A stretch of DNA of 64,000 nucleotides from Mytilus trossulus. Lineage: Eukaryota. Every line of letters begins with the position of its first letter. Within the stretch, counting starts at the first letter, position 1. Location: the NCBI RefSeq assembly GCF_036588685.1, contig NC_086377.1, positions 18,104,001 to 18,168,000 of the forward strand, given 5' to 3'. Positions 36,820 through 50,700 of the stretch are shown here, piece by piece. Made by a program: the position numbers and the translations under genes. Below the pieces are notes generated by a model, which searched no databases, was not told where the DNA came from, and worked only from the letters and a program-made list of their open reading frames with translations.

Positions 36820-37280
36820 AGACACTTTTTAAATGCGGACAGATTTGTTTGTCAATTTAATAGACACTTCTTTCGTTGAACATGGAGATGAGCCAGCAAT
36901 TTAACGTTATATGTACGGAATATTGTATAGTTTAGGTATCACATACAAATAAGTGAAGTCAACCGATTAGCTTTTCAATGAAATGGTCATTAAATCCATG
37001 ATTCGCCAAAATCTCATCCTTGTTAAATAATATATTTTTTTGTAAGTGTGATTACCTGCATGCTAATGTATTCCTTATTTTTTCATAGACATACTCGTAG
37101 TAGTACAATTTAAATACAATAATAATATTATTTGAAGCTTTGTCCTCAGGTACAACATACTTGTGGTGAAGAGCTTTCATAGCATTTTTTTGTGGTTTGA
37201 AAGCACGGACTTTAAAAGCATGGTCGATCGTCCACACATGTTTTAACTGATGAATGCGACATTTAACCAGAGACATATTT
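36820..37280 (-). mobile_element. Degenerate Penelope-like reverse transcriptase
   Basis: LHHKYVVPEDKASNNIIIVFKLYY and YLYVIPKLYNIPYI*R*IAGSSPCSTKEVSIKLT, resembling PLE motifs VPADKASNN and YWIPKLHK..RYIAGS..CSTK; internal stops. Confidence 0.8.
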
Positions 37281-38427
37281 TTAGATCACCATTAATAACT
37301 TGGCCAGAGAGGCTGTATAAAATATAAGGCGAGTGGGAACAGTAACATGTCAGAGTTTTTTTAAAAGGTATTGTTCTATATCAAGGTCCTGCAATGCTTG
37401 CTTATAGTTATATATTTGAGGTTAAATGGTTTTTGTAACTGTAGGATACAATAGGAACAGACCCATTTTGAGGAAAAGGTGATATTGTAGATATTACCTC
37501 CTTGTGATTTAGAGCATTGCATCAATCCCTTAATTGTAAAATTAATCAGGAAGGAAATTCCTCTTTTTGTCATGTAAAAGTTCCGATTTAACTAGTTTAA
37601 GAGCCGAAAATGAGCTATATCACAAGTTATACTGACCATTCTGTATATCAGAGAACATGTATTCATGCATCCTTTGCATATTAATCTCTCAAACATTTTA
37701 GAATATAAACAGGCTTTAATAAGAATAGTTCTTATGTGATGTTACCCTGATTAATGATGATAATGTGAAAGAAAGTCTTTAAATCTCCCAGATAGCGATC
37801 TACGTTTAAAAGACATTTTACATTAGGTCAATGAAAATGTTTTGGCCCATTAGTTTGTTACTATTTTTAAGAAGGGGACTTATTAAAGTACCTCTTGTGT
37901 GACGTCAGTGCAGCAAAAATAAAGGTGAGGTATTAGTATTATATGAAAGGGAAATGATGTTATTTCAATGGAACCAATGTAAACACACAAGACCACTGTC
38001 AATACTTATTATATATAAGTATCACACCTGTAAGCTTAAGTACAGTGACAATAAAATGTTGAAAAATAAGAAAATCTATTTAATTGCAAAATTTACTACC
38101 ATACATTAAACCCACTGCATTTGTTTGCACCTGTCCTTAGTCTAGAATCTGATGTTCAGTAGTTGTCGTATGTTGATGTGGTTCATAAGTGTTTATCGTT
38201 TCTTCTAATCTATAAAGGTAAGAACATTGGTTTTGTTGTTTTGTTGTTTAGTGGTTTGAATGATTTTACACTTTATGCAGCCCTTCCTAAATAGCTTGAA
38301 ATTTGGTATGAGCCAAGGCTCTGTGTTAAAGACCTAGACTTTACTTTTTGCAAATTGTGACTTGGTTGGAGAGTTGCTTCATTGGATCTCTTGATAGTAG
38401 TTGTTTATCATTAGTATAGACTTTGTA

Positions 38428-38659
38428 TACTGTAAACCAACTTATTTTCCTGGATACTTTTTTTTGCCTATAGGCATTTCTAGCCCACTTTGCAGTGATT
38501 TAATTTCGTGATTTTCAAATTAGCATTATTATTAATAATTAGAAAAGAAACAATTCCAAGTTTAAACATTTTGTGACAGTTTATCTCCACATTATATTCA
38601 CATTATTTTTCTACTTACCACAAATAGCAATCAGTCCAAAATTTAAAAGATTTACAGTA
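38428..38659. mobile_element. TA-flanked MITE (TACTGTAAA...TTTACAGTA)
   Basis: Short TIRs and TA target site, Tc1/mariner-pogo style. Confidence 0.55.
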
Positions 38660-40639
38660 ATTCTATAACAGAAATATAGTTAAGTCTTTCCACTTTTCCA
38701 TGGTATACTTTTTGATTTTGTTCTGATTTAATTTTTTTCTTCTGCCAAATTTTTTACTTGCGCTTTATTTTTAAAGATGTCACTTAGTTTGTTTGTATAT
38801 AATATCATAAAGTCTATATGCTTTTGAAATTACCCTGTTTAATCGAACACTTTTCTGTGGACCAGCTGTCTTGCCAAACACAGCTTTTTTTGTTATGAGA
38901 TCTCTTTTGCAATCGTTAAAGAAAACCAAAATTTTATTATCAGGATGTTACATTTAGTTTTGATCAAATCTATCTGGAGACTCCAGATAAGAAATATTTC
39001 CCCTTTTAAATTTGATAAAAGTGATATGCATTTGTAGCTGGTAAACCATTAAGTGATCAAGACCTAGGGCCTATTAATTTCAGGTTCTTTGTCCAAAAAT
39101 TAAAGAAAACTAGTTCAAGGTTATTTTCTTTTTTTTTCCTATTTTGGCTTATTCTCACTTCAATTCATTAACCCTACAAAATGTCAACAACACATTTTTG
39201 TCATTTGTGGAAATTTAGGTTGAAAGGGTTAGTAGACATACTAAAGTCCAAGTTTTTTTTTAGTTGAGGTCCTTGGTTAATGATCTTAAAAAAGAGGTCA
39301 AAGTCATATGTGAATTCGTCATTCTAGATTTTGACCTTTGCTTAAAATTCATGTTTAATCTTCATAAAGCCATAGGATTTTGTGCATTAGGTTACAAGCA
39401 CTATGACTTTGATTGATTTATTGCTGGTTACTTAATGTCCAGTAGAAAATATGTCATGCAAGTTTATACCCATAGCCAGGGGGGGTCAGGGGGTTTGGAC
39501 GAAATTCCTGGCTACAGGCCTGATGTTCAGGATGAATAAATGACTTTGAAAATGCAAACCTGAAGCGGCTTTTTTATACTTATTTCAGGTAAAATAAAAA
39601 AGAAGATGTGGTATGATTGTCAATGAGACAACTATCCACTATCCACAAAAGACCAAAATGACACAAACATTAACAATTATAGGTCACTGTACGGCCTTCA
39701 ACAATGAGCAAAGCCCATACCACATATAGTCAGCTATTCAATGGCCCCAATAATACAATGTAAATTAATTCAAAGGAGAAAACTAACGGCCTTATTCATT
39801 TTAAAAAATGAACGAAAAACAAATATGTAACAGATAAACAAACGACAACCACTGAACCTATATAAAACAGTATATTTTTAAAAGTAGTATCACATAAACT
39901 ATCAAATAATACCAGAAGTGACACTTTCAGACAGGAAGTAACAAATTACCTCCCTTATTTGAACCACATTGTATAGAAACCATATGTTTTTGGAATATGC
40001 AAACAATGCGCTATCATTTGACACTGGAAATGACATTTTAAACTGAATTTTAATGTTACATATTTTATTTACCATATGAAAAACTTTTAAAAATTCAAAT
40101 AATATGCATGATACAAAATAACATTTATTTATAATGTTCAATGAAATATATTTATCATGAATACCATACAAAATGAGATGCAGTCGTCTGCAAAAAAAAT
40201 GACCATCCACCAGAGACCAAAAAGTATGGATTTCAGCAGATATATGTCACAACATCCATCTCCTTATGGAAACAGTACAATACTGGAAATTATTGTAAAA
40301 TTCAAGAATCTTAAAAATCTTAAATACAAATTTTCACAGTCAGAAAGAACCAGTCAAGCAACAAAAAATAGAACTTAAATATACAACTTTTAAAAATATA
40401 TATCTCATATCTCAAGTTTAAATAAAATGAACATAAAGACAACACAACATACAATTATTGATATAAAAACTAGAATATTAAATAACAACAAACTTAAGAT
40501 AATATATTATGTGCACTCAGTTATTTCAGCATTACAAATTTAAGTGGATTAGGGAAAAAATGTATTTTACAAGAACATTTTGTTTGATAGTTTAGTTGAA
40601 GTTTGATCTATTAATTATGAAATTTATAAATTGATTGAA

Positions 40640-40911
40640 GGTGGTACCTAACACTACAGGGAGATAACTCTGTAAAATCCGCTAAACGTTTTAATAATGT
40701 TTTGTTGTTAAGGGAATATTAAGCTTCTTAATGATCAAAATTAGTGTTTGTCAAACTGCTATATAACAAATATAATTTTTCTGATAAATTGGTTGGTTCA
40801 ATTTTTTTGAAATTTTTATATTTATGTCAAAGGGTCAAAGTAAATACTTTGTCAAAACTTTATGAAAATTAAACGAGCCAAATTAATTTTAGTGAAGGTG
40901 TTAGGACAACC
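40640..40911. mobile_element. TTAA-targeting MITE (GGTGGTACC.AACAC TIR; Kolobok-like), copy 1 of 5
   Basis: Other copies: 47221-47526, 48252-48524, 49487-49647 (internally deleted), 51084-51348. GG...CC termini, mostly TTAA-flanked. Confidence 0.85.
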
Positions 40912-41730
40912 TTAACCAAAACACAAACTTAAACAATAGCTGATGTCAACATCAATGTCATAATAGTACACCTTATTAAACAAAATAAATAAAAACAAAT
41001 TACTGATGAAATGTATAAAAAATATAATATTTTGTATGATTGCAAATACTTTAGTTTAAACATATTTTATTGTTTAAAAATGACAAATGGATTAGAAAAA
41101 AGTTTGCAAATGAGACAGCAGTCAGCTTGCTGTTGAAAATTTAGGCAACTGGTTTATTGTTTTATGAGTTTTCATAGTTTAAGTGTCACAAACTTGGCAA
41201 ATTTGGTTTCTTTGTTTGACAGATGTGGCTTTTTGAGAAGACAAATTCTACATTTAAACAAAATTTGATGTTAAAATTTTGACTCATTTCAATGACTTTT
41301 TCAAAAAGTTATACACAATCAAAAAAAACAATTTCAAAGAAACTAATGGTTTGTGATCTGCTATTCTATTGTTTTGAGTATATTTGAACCTCATATCTTA
41401 AAATTTTCGCTAATATATTTGTCAATTATGCAAACTAAAAATGTGATGATAATACTTATAAAAATAAATTTGCAGAATTCGAAATGTCTGCAGCTAAAAT
41501 AAAGGTACACAAAGCAGCAAATTATATTAAAATGGAATAGACTAGTTGAACATTTTTCTGCGTATACTTAAAAAATATCACATACATAATCTACAACAAA
41601 TCTATTAAAAACATGAAAGACATGAATAAATAGGATTGTATTCCCTCAAGTTTTTGTATAAATCAAAACCCACTGGTTATAATATTTTTAGTTTCCCATA
41701 ATTCTTTGTTTCAGATTTTCTGCGACATAG

Positions 41731-44700
41731 TCACTTCCTGATTAGGCTTTTGTTTTCACTGTCTATTGTAGATGTGCTGGACATTTCTTCGTTGACATTA
41801 TTTACAGATGCTGTATCAGGGCCTGAGTTGACAATGTCTGGTTGTGGTGGAGGACCCTCACTGTTCTCTGTCACATTCTGTCCAATAGATAAAGTATTCA
41901 AGGTTAAATAAAGATTCAACATCCAAGGGTAAATAAAAAATAAACATTCAAGGTTAAAAAAATAATAAACATTCAAGGTTAAATAAAGAAAATATTTGAT
42001 TAATTGAAATTTAATTGTATAGAGTGGAGAAATATGGTATACAACTTGTTTAATTGTGGAATCTGTTTCCCTAAACAATTTTCATACTAAAATCTGAAAG
42101 AGGCTTATCTTCCCTTTTCAAAGAATTACAGAAAGTTTTTTTTATACTTGATGTCATCAGGCATGTATGCCTTTTTCATGATGTCACAACCGGAAATTCA
42201 GAAAAATTTGAAATGAGAAATATTGTTCTCACGCCGATCAAGATGTGTGAAAAAAACATGAAAATAAGAGAAAAATATTTTACCACTTTTTTAATTCCAT
42301 TCCACAATAGTTTAAATTCTCCTCTGATACAGCCAATCACATAAGTTGTTATAAGTGTACAAGGCACCAGGTACAATAAAGCTGGTTGGCCAGTCTGCAT
42401 CAACTCCAAGGCAACAAACGTGATGATCATTCCAATTCCATAGGCTGTAAATACATACATACATTAAAGACATAATCATGACTATGTATATGTAAATGTA
42501 GTAATGCTGTCACGGAATAGAGTTTCCTTCTTATTATAAGTTCCAAATGGAAAAAATGTTCTGAAATATTATTTCCACAGGAATAAATATTACAGTTAAT
42601 GTTCCCAACGGAATAAATGGTATAGAATATTTGTTCCAACAGGAATAGATATTATGACAATGTTTATAACAAAGTTTCCATTGGAACTTTTGCAAGGTGG
42701 AACAAATATACATTGACAATGCCCAGTGACCATCCCCTCTTTACCCAGTTATATCATCAACAACAAGAATGTGTCCATAGTACACGTTTGCCCCACTTGC
42801 ACTATAATTTTCTTAGTTTAGTGGACCGTGAAATGGGGGAATATCTATAATTTGGCATTAAAATTAGAAAGATCATATCATAGGGAACATGTATACTAAG
42901 TTTCGAGTTGATTGGACTACAATTTCTTTAAAACTACCTTGATCAAAAACTTTAACCTGAAGCCGGACAGACAGATGAACGGACAAACGAACAGAATCTA
43001 CAGACCAGAAAACATATTGCCTTTCTACTATTGTAGGTGGGACATAAAAACTAACTATAAAAAAGAAGATGTGGTATGGTTGCCAATGAGACAACTCTCC
43101 ACAAGAGACCAAGATGACATAGAAATAAACAACAAATTGTACAGCCTTCAACAATGAGCAAAGCCCATACCACATAGTCAGTTATAAAATGCCCTGAAAT
43201 GACAATGTAAACAATTCAAATGAGAAAACTTACAGCCTTATTAATGTACAATTTTTTTAAAAAAAAAAGGTAACACATAAACAAACAACAATGTTTTTTG
43301 CATTCTTCTGCTTGTCTTAATAAATTATGAAATAACCTGTGCAAACCTATGCATGTTTACAGCAAGACTTACCTATAACTGTAGCTATGTAGTAAATCTT
43401 TTTACTTTTGACATTTAAATCTATTCCATGGTTATAACCAACCAATAAACCTGCAATACACCAACAAAGATTGGATGGATAAATAAAGCAGTAATATACA
43501 ATATTTAGATGATTTACTCAATATTTAGCCTCTCATTATGAATTTTCATTACTTTTTTTTTAATTCTTGTTGTGACATTTCAATGGACAAGCACTGTTTT
43601 TATGAGTGAGGTGTAATTTTTTAATTTCTGCGATCTTTCTGTAATATTATGACTTTGACCATTCATAAATCATTCTCACAAAACATGTCACATTCAAAAT
43701 TGATTAAAGACTTTGAAAAACATTAAAAGCTCTCAAATTCTATATTTTTCTTTGAACCTCGTGATAATTTGAATTTGACTTTTCACAATCTGTACATATT
43801 TAGTAAATGTGTTAAATATCTTTTTGTGTCCGGTAATGCATTTGTTTTATCGTGTTTATGTCTGCTGTTAACTTGATATTAGCTGTGTTGGATAGACTTT
43901 ATACAAATGATAATCAGTACATCTGTTTACTTTTTCAGGTGGAAAAAATCCTCTATGCAAAGTATAACTCTATACATCCATATTTTTGTATATCTGATGA
44001 GTTAAGCCTTTTTCAACTGATTTTTATAGTTCATTCTTATGTTGTTCTGTCATGACTGTTACACCACTGTCCCAGGTTAGGGGAGGGTTGGGTTCATGCT
44101 AACATGTTTAACCCCGCCACATTATTTATGTATGTGCCTGTCCTAATTCAGGAGCCTGTAATTTAGAGGTTGTCGTTTGTTAATGTGTTACATATTTGTT
44201 TTTCGTTGATTTTTTTACATAAATAAGGCCGTTAATTTTCTCGTTTGAAATGTTTTACATTTCCATATCGGACCCTTTTATAGCTGACTATGCGGTATGG
44301 GCTTTGTTCATTGTTGAAGGCCGTACAATGACCTATAGTTGTTAATGTCTGTGTCATTTTGGTCTTTTGTGAATAGTTGTCTCATTGGCAATCATACCAC
44401 ATCTTCTTTTTCATATGCCAACAATCATCTTTTATTTCATATTTGAATGTTCCAAAATGAACTAAAGTTTTATCAATGTTAATGTTTACTTTCATAAGGT
44501 CGATTTCTATCCTAAGCAGCTCATATGTTAATATCAAATATTATGAAGACAAATATTTTGCTAAAATTTAGATTGATAATTGCTGCTGTAACCTTGACAT
44601 ATCCTCGGGGGTCACTTCCTATATATATATGTAGGACTCAAATCCATGGTGGGTTCCAAATCTATGGCAGATTCCTAATCTGTGGTAAATGTGACGTCAT

Positions 44701-47700
44701 GCCATCACAAATCTATGGCAAGTTTTGTAATTTCCTAATCTATGGCGGATTTATGTTGTTTCCAAATCTATGGCAAGTTTTGTGCAAATGGAAAACAATG
44801 CAGTACATTTTCGACCAATGACTTGTCTTAGGCAAGTGGAAAAATACGGCAACGGGAACATGTCTATAAACATTTGTGAAATAAACATTCCATAATGGTC
44901 AACTAAAAAAAAACATAACTGATAAATTCATATGCCTTAATAAAGACTTCATATGCTTTGTAAAAAATAAACATTTTTTAATCTGTGCATGGTACCTGTT
45001 TAACCAATTCATTTAACCAATATATAAGACCTCTAACAAACAAGAAGGCCGCTTTTTTATTTTTTTTTTAAAAGTAACAACTGAAAATTAACAGGTTGAA
45101 TTTTCAAATAATATTTATTTCAGCGATATCGTTAATACATCTTTTTTATTTGATGACGATTTTAAATTAAATTTGTATCCTAGAATTTTATATATCATTT
45201 TATAAACTTTGCCAGCCGAAGACAGTAAACTACTACTAACTAGACATAGGAAGATGTGGTATGAGTGCCAATGGGAGAACTCTCCATCCAAGTTACAATT
45301 TATAAAAGTAAACCAGTATAGGTAAAGGTAAGGCCTTCAACACATCGAACAGCAAGCTATAAAGACCCCAAAAAAGCCTTTTTATAAAATATGTGGTACT
45401 GAAAATAGCAGCGCCATAATTCATCGCGGGATTCAGCCAAGTACAGCACATTTGGTTCATCTTTGGGATAATAGGTCACATCTTCCTTTAAACCACCCGC
45501 AAATTTTTGTCAGGAAAATATCTTCATCTTAAATGGTGTTCAAATCTATGGGTTCCGCCATCGTTAGCGGCGGCGAAGATGTAATATGGCGTTATATTCA
45601 ATTGTGACGTTATACGGTACCCTCTCCCCAAGAGCAACAGTCTAATCTATATAAAAACTGAGAAATGTTAAACGCTTCAGCTTATGAACCAAATCAACGA
45701 AGAACAAACACTTGTTCAGATAATAAAATTATTTCATTACACATTGGTCTTACCTGGAACTATCACATCTCCAAACCCTAACATGGAAGGCTGATTTAAA
45801 CAGGAACTATAGGGAGAATAATTCAACTTTGGTACTACAAACACCATAGGCAGCTGAAAAATATATCAGTTTAAGTCATTGGATACTAAACCACAAACAC
45901 CATAGGCAGAGCCGCAGCTGAAAAATATATCGCTATAAGTCATGGAATACTTATCTAGATTTTGTAATTAGTTGTAAGTTAAAAGCCTTCTAAAATTTTA
46001 AAATTTGTGGTTGAAAATCTAGACAGACAAAACTATAATTTGTCTGGCTGATATAAAGATCTCATAGCTAATTTGAATAAAATAATTAAACATTTGGTCA
46101 GACAATTGGCAATATTTGTTGACCAAACTAAAAGGACAAGGTACACTAAGGGCCGTATTTGGCCCCCTTTTTTGTCATTTTTTTTTCTTAATGAAATAAA
46201 CGAAATTATAATTGGAAATAATTTGCATTTATCTGTTCTTAAGAAGCTCATGCGGATTTTAATTTTTGGGAAAGCAGAAACCTGATTTTGGGTTGCTTAA
46301 AGTTTCTTAAGTACACCAAAACGTAGCAAAATGTTGATTTTTGGACTGAAATTCTCCGTTTTTAAAGGCCTCCGCCAACGTGAGCCACAGAAACGAATGG
46401 TGATAAAGATAGCATTCAAACGGAATTTTCTGATAATGAAAAGAAACTTTTGGCTCACGTTGGCGGAGACCTTCAAATATAAATAAAAGTATCTCCTAAA
46501 AAAACAACAACTTCGCCGTAATAGTAAAATCGGAGCGAAATCGGAGAAAGGGCTGAAAAACTCCGCATTCGACTGTGATTACCAGACACCACCAACTACA
46601 TCAAGAATATTTCCAAAGGTGAGGTTTTTAGTTTGAGATTTTGCAAACATTCTTCAAATTGTATTTTTTTTCTTATTATCAATCTAGATTTTGTTTTACC
46701 AATGACATGACTTATGACAAGCATACTGAACTGTAAATACTTAAATTAACTACATATCAAAATGCTGATCTTGTGGGTAGTTCACAAGGTAAAAGTCAAC
46801 ATGAACACCTAGGAAACATTTCTAAAGCTTGTCAAACTTTTCTTTTCATCCAGTTTTTAAAGTTAATTTTTTTAGTAATGCACATATATTTTATATGTAA
46901 CTTATATATATATATAATTAGAAAAAAGTGCAGGTTCCAGCCCCGGCGCGGGGGATGAAGTTACGAATCAAATCTACTCTTACATCGTTAGGTTGATTTT
47001 CTAGGCATTTTATATATCTATGTGTATATATAGATAATGAGGAAACAAATTTGCAGTTCACTTTAAGTGTTGTTGTCAATCTAGTGGTAACTTATATGAG
47101 TACATCTTTTACCCTTTCATTGGATTTTGATGCTCCTCCAGTAGCAACTTTAACCATTATACTTTCACCATTCTGTTAAAAAAATTCAGAAAATTCAATA
47201 TATATATATGTGTTATTTAAGGTGGTACCCAAGGCTTTCACTAAAATTAATTTGGCTCGTTTAATTTTCATAAAATTTTGCCAAAGTATTTACTTTGACC
47301 CTTTAACCAAAATATATAAATTTCCAAAATTTTGAACCAACCATTTTATCAGAAAAATTACACTGGTTATATAGCAGTTTGACAAACACTTATTTTGATC
47401 ATTGAGAAGCTTAATATTCCCTTTACAACACTATGTAATTAAAACGTACTAAATTATAATCCTGGTACTTTTGATAAATATTGGCTGATTTTACAGAGTT
47501 ATATCCCTGTAATGTTAGGTACCACCTTAAACAGTCAAGATATAATATGACTCATTTAGATATAGCTACCATCAGATAAAAAAACAATGTTTGCTGTGCA
47601 CAATTCATTTCTATAAGTTGTCATGCCATAGATTTGCGCTTCCTGTATTCCTTTAACCTTCTCAAACACTTAGAACCAATAAAGATACTATAAATTAGGA

Positions 47701-50700
47701 TATTTACTCATGACAGTCACGAGAGTATGACTATGAAAGTAACAAAGTTATAATTATTAACAAAACATAATTTTTATCTTGTTCTATGAAAAAGAAATTA
47801 CAGATGCAAACAGACTTTGGACATGACTTATATTTAACTGAGTTATTTGACCTTTCTCAAACATATTTAATTCATTTGAAATGAAAAATTTACTTTTCAA
47901 AAGTAAAGATCATCCAATATTAACCAAAGGTCATTGCCAATTCGCCCTTTCAGAATCTAAAGGACTATGGGTAATCGCATTGTTCATACACCAAAACAAA
48001 AATAATGTCAGATCATTGACATTGGTTGAATTTCTATTGTTTAGAACGTTTTAAACCAATCAGAACATTTTAGTGTACACTTTTGAAAATATAACCCAGA
48101 AGCATTGGATTCTGAAACGGCGAATTACAAATGCATCCTATTTCCTATACAACTTTTTTAAAGGTCTAAATGCAATGTTATATGGCAAGTCTAGACATCT
48201 CTATTGTAGCTTTGCATGAACGAATTATAATCATGGTATTTCTACGCTTAAGGTGGTACCTAGCACAATAGGGAGATAACTCCGTGAAATCAGCTAAAAG
48301 TTTTAATTATGTTGTGTTGTTATGGGAATATTAAGCTTCTCAATGATCAAAATTAGTGTTTGTCAAACTGATATATAACCAGTGTAATTTTTCTGATAAG
48401 AAGGTTGGTTCAAATCTTTTGAAATTTTTATCATTTTGTGAAAGGGTCAAAGTAAATATTTTGTCAAAATTTTATGAAAATTAAACAAGCCAAATTAATT
48501 TTAGTGAAGGTGTTGGGTACTACCTTAAAGGCAGGTTTATCTGAACATTCTATATCTATCATTGTCTATATATTTGTTTAATCATTTACATTCCATAGGA
48601 GCAAATTATAATTTTCATTCTTTATCAGAATGTTTGGTAGGATAACATACTCAAAACATACCAGTATAATTTATTAAATTTCAAAATAAAGTTCTGAACC
48701 CCAAAAAACTAAAAAAAAAAGAACCCCAAAAAAGTTGTAAATGGTATTTTCATATATTATTCAGTAATTAACCAAAGCCACAACATATTAAATCATTAAG
48801 CAGAGGGTCTACATGGATATCTTTTAAGCCAAGATTGTTTTACTTCAAAATATAGCATTTTACTTTTTAGCATCATGGTAATGTTCTGCTATTATCTTAA
48901 ATGTGATGCTATCTAAAGAGGTTTTCTTCTAGATTATGTTATGGATGTGATGCTATAATTTTTAGAAACAAGATGGTATTTTAATTTCCCCTGTTTACCA
49001 GGATGCTAAATGAAATATCTAGGAAGAACACTGTACATGCTCAAGAAAAATTAAAGCAATGAAAAAGTCGCCATGAAACTAAAATATTCCAGAGAAATAA
49101 ATAAACGTTCAATATCATATGACATTACTGTAAAACAAAAATACCATTTTAAAATTTATTTTCAAGTTCACCAATTTTCATTCTAAAAGATTCATGATAT
49201 ACATACAACATATTCCTGTTTACAAATCAAGTAATTTTTTATGGAATTTGGAAAATTTGATGAGAAAAATAAGAATAATCCAAATTATGTCAGGAAAGTC
49301 CATGAGAAGAATGAGTTAAGTGATAAAATGTCTTAAATTATTATCTTACAACATAACCCAGCCTTATATGTATGAACAAAATCATTATTAAATTTCTTCA
49401 AACCATCAATCTGATTATATTGACACACCATGAATTTATTAAGATGGGAATTGTCAAGAAAGAATTTAAGTGAAAAATTCACTAAAGGTGGTACCTAACA
49501 CTACAGGGAGATAACTCTGTAAAATCTGATGAAACGGTTGGTTCAAAATTTTATATTTTTGTCAAAGGGTCAAAGTTAATACTTTCTCAAAATTTTACGA
49601 AAATTAAACAAGCCAAATTAATTTTAGTGAAAGTGTTGGGTACCACCTTAAACTAGCCTTAATATTATTATTATTAAATTTCTTCAAACCATCAATCTGA
49701 ATGATCTTGACACACCCAGAATTCATTAGGATGGGAATTATCAGTAAACATGGTAAAATAGGTAACAAATTTGCTTATCTAAATTATTCTGTAACACATT
49801 TTCTGTTGTATTTTGTATATATTTATTTCATACATATATATGATGTATATACATATTTGGACCTATAATTCAGTTAAGAATATGCATGATATATTTGCCA
49901 CTAGACATTTAATAATGAATTAATTGAGCAATCAATTATCAGAAACAGTGTAACCAATATGAATGAAGACTTATCAGAAATTGACCAATATTAAAAATAA
50001 TCTGACATCTTTATATAACTATTCGAAAGTTTCGCCAAAGCTTAAAAAGTATTGCTATTCCAAAATGAAAACTAGTGAACTTGAAATAAATCCTTTTTAA
50101 AGTAATCCCACATGCAGATATAGAAAGCCTTACTCTTTTAGTCACTTCAAGAATTTCTTCATCCTAATTAACACAAAAAATTAATTCAATTATAGGTTCC
50201 ATAATGGACAAGGGTTTCTCTTCTTATAAGAATATTTAGAAAGTATTTGGGCAGCTCATTTAAAAGTTAATTTGTGATTGTTAGCTTTCAGATATTTATA
50301 TTGGAGTCTGTGACAAGGCAAAGTTAGAGATGTCCTGAAAGGAGTAGGTCCAGAAGACCCCTTTTCGGCCCCAAATTAAAGCAGCTTACAAAATTGTTAA
50401 AAATGTAAACTTTAAGTTATCTATTGGAAAGTAGAATGCTTCTGCTTCATAAATATGGGCTGGTTTTGACAATTCAATCCACAAAAATGGGATACTAGCA
50501 TCATTAAGTCATGCTAAATTACTGAAATCTTCACAATTTTAGCGTTTTAGTTAAACTTTTGGCAGTTTCTGTCTTAAATGAAGGTAGCCGCATTTGTGTT
50601 CATTCTTAATATTGAAATGCCATTCGTATTTGATGACAATAGATAACATATATAAAGGTTAAGGATGAACACAAATGCAGCCCCTTTCATTTTTGACGAA

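Noticed and set aside
43990-44025. CTGATGAG hammerhead candidate
   Set aside because: The hairpin is followed by TGAT rather than GAAA and there is no stem III. Other CTGATGA hits (e.g. 22828, 27502, 49526) fail likewise.
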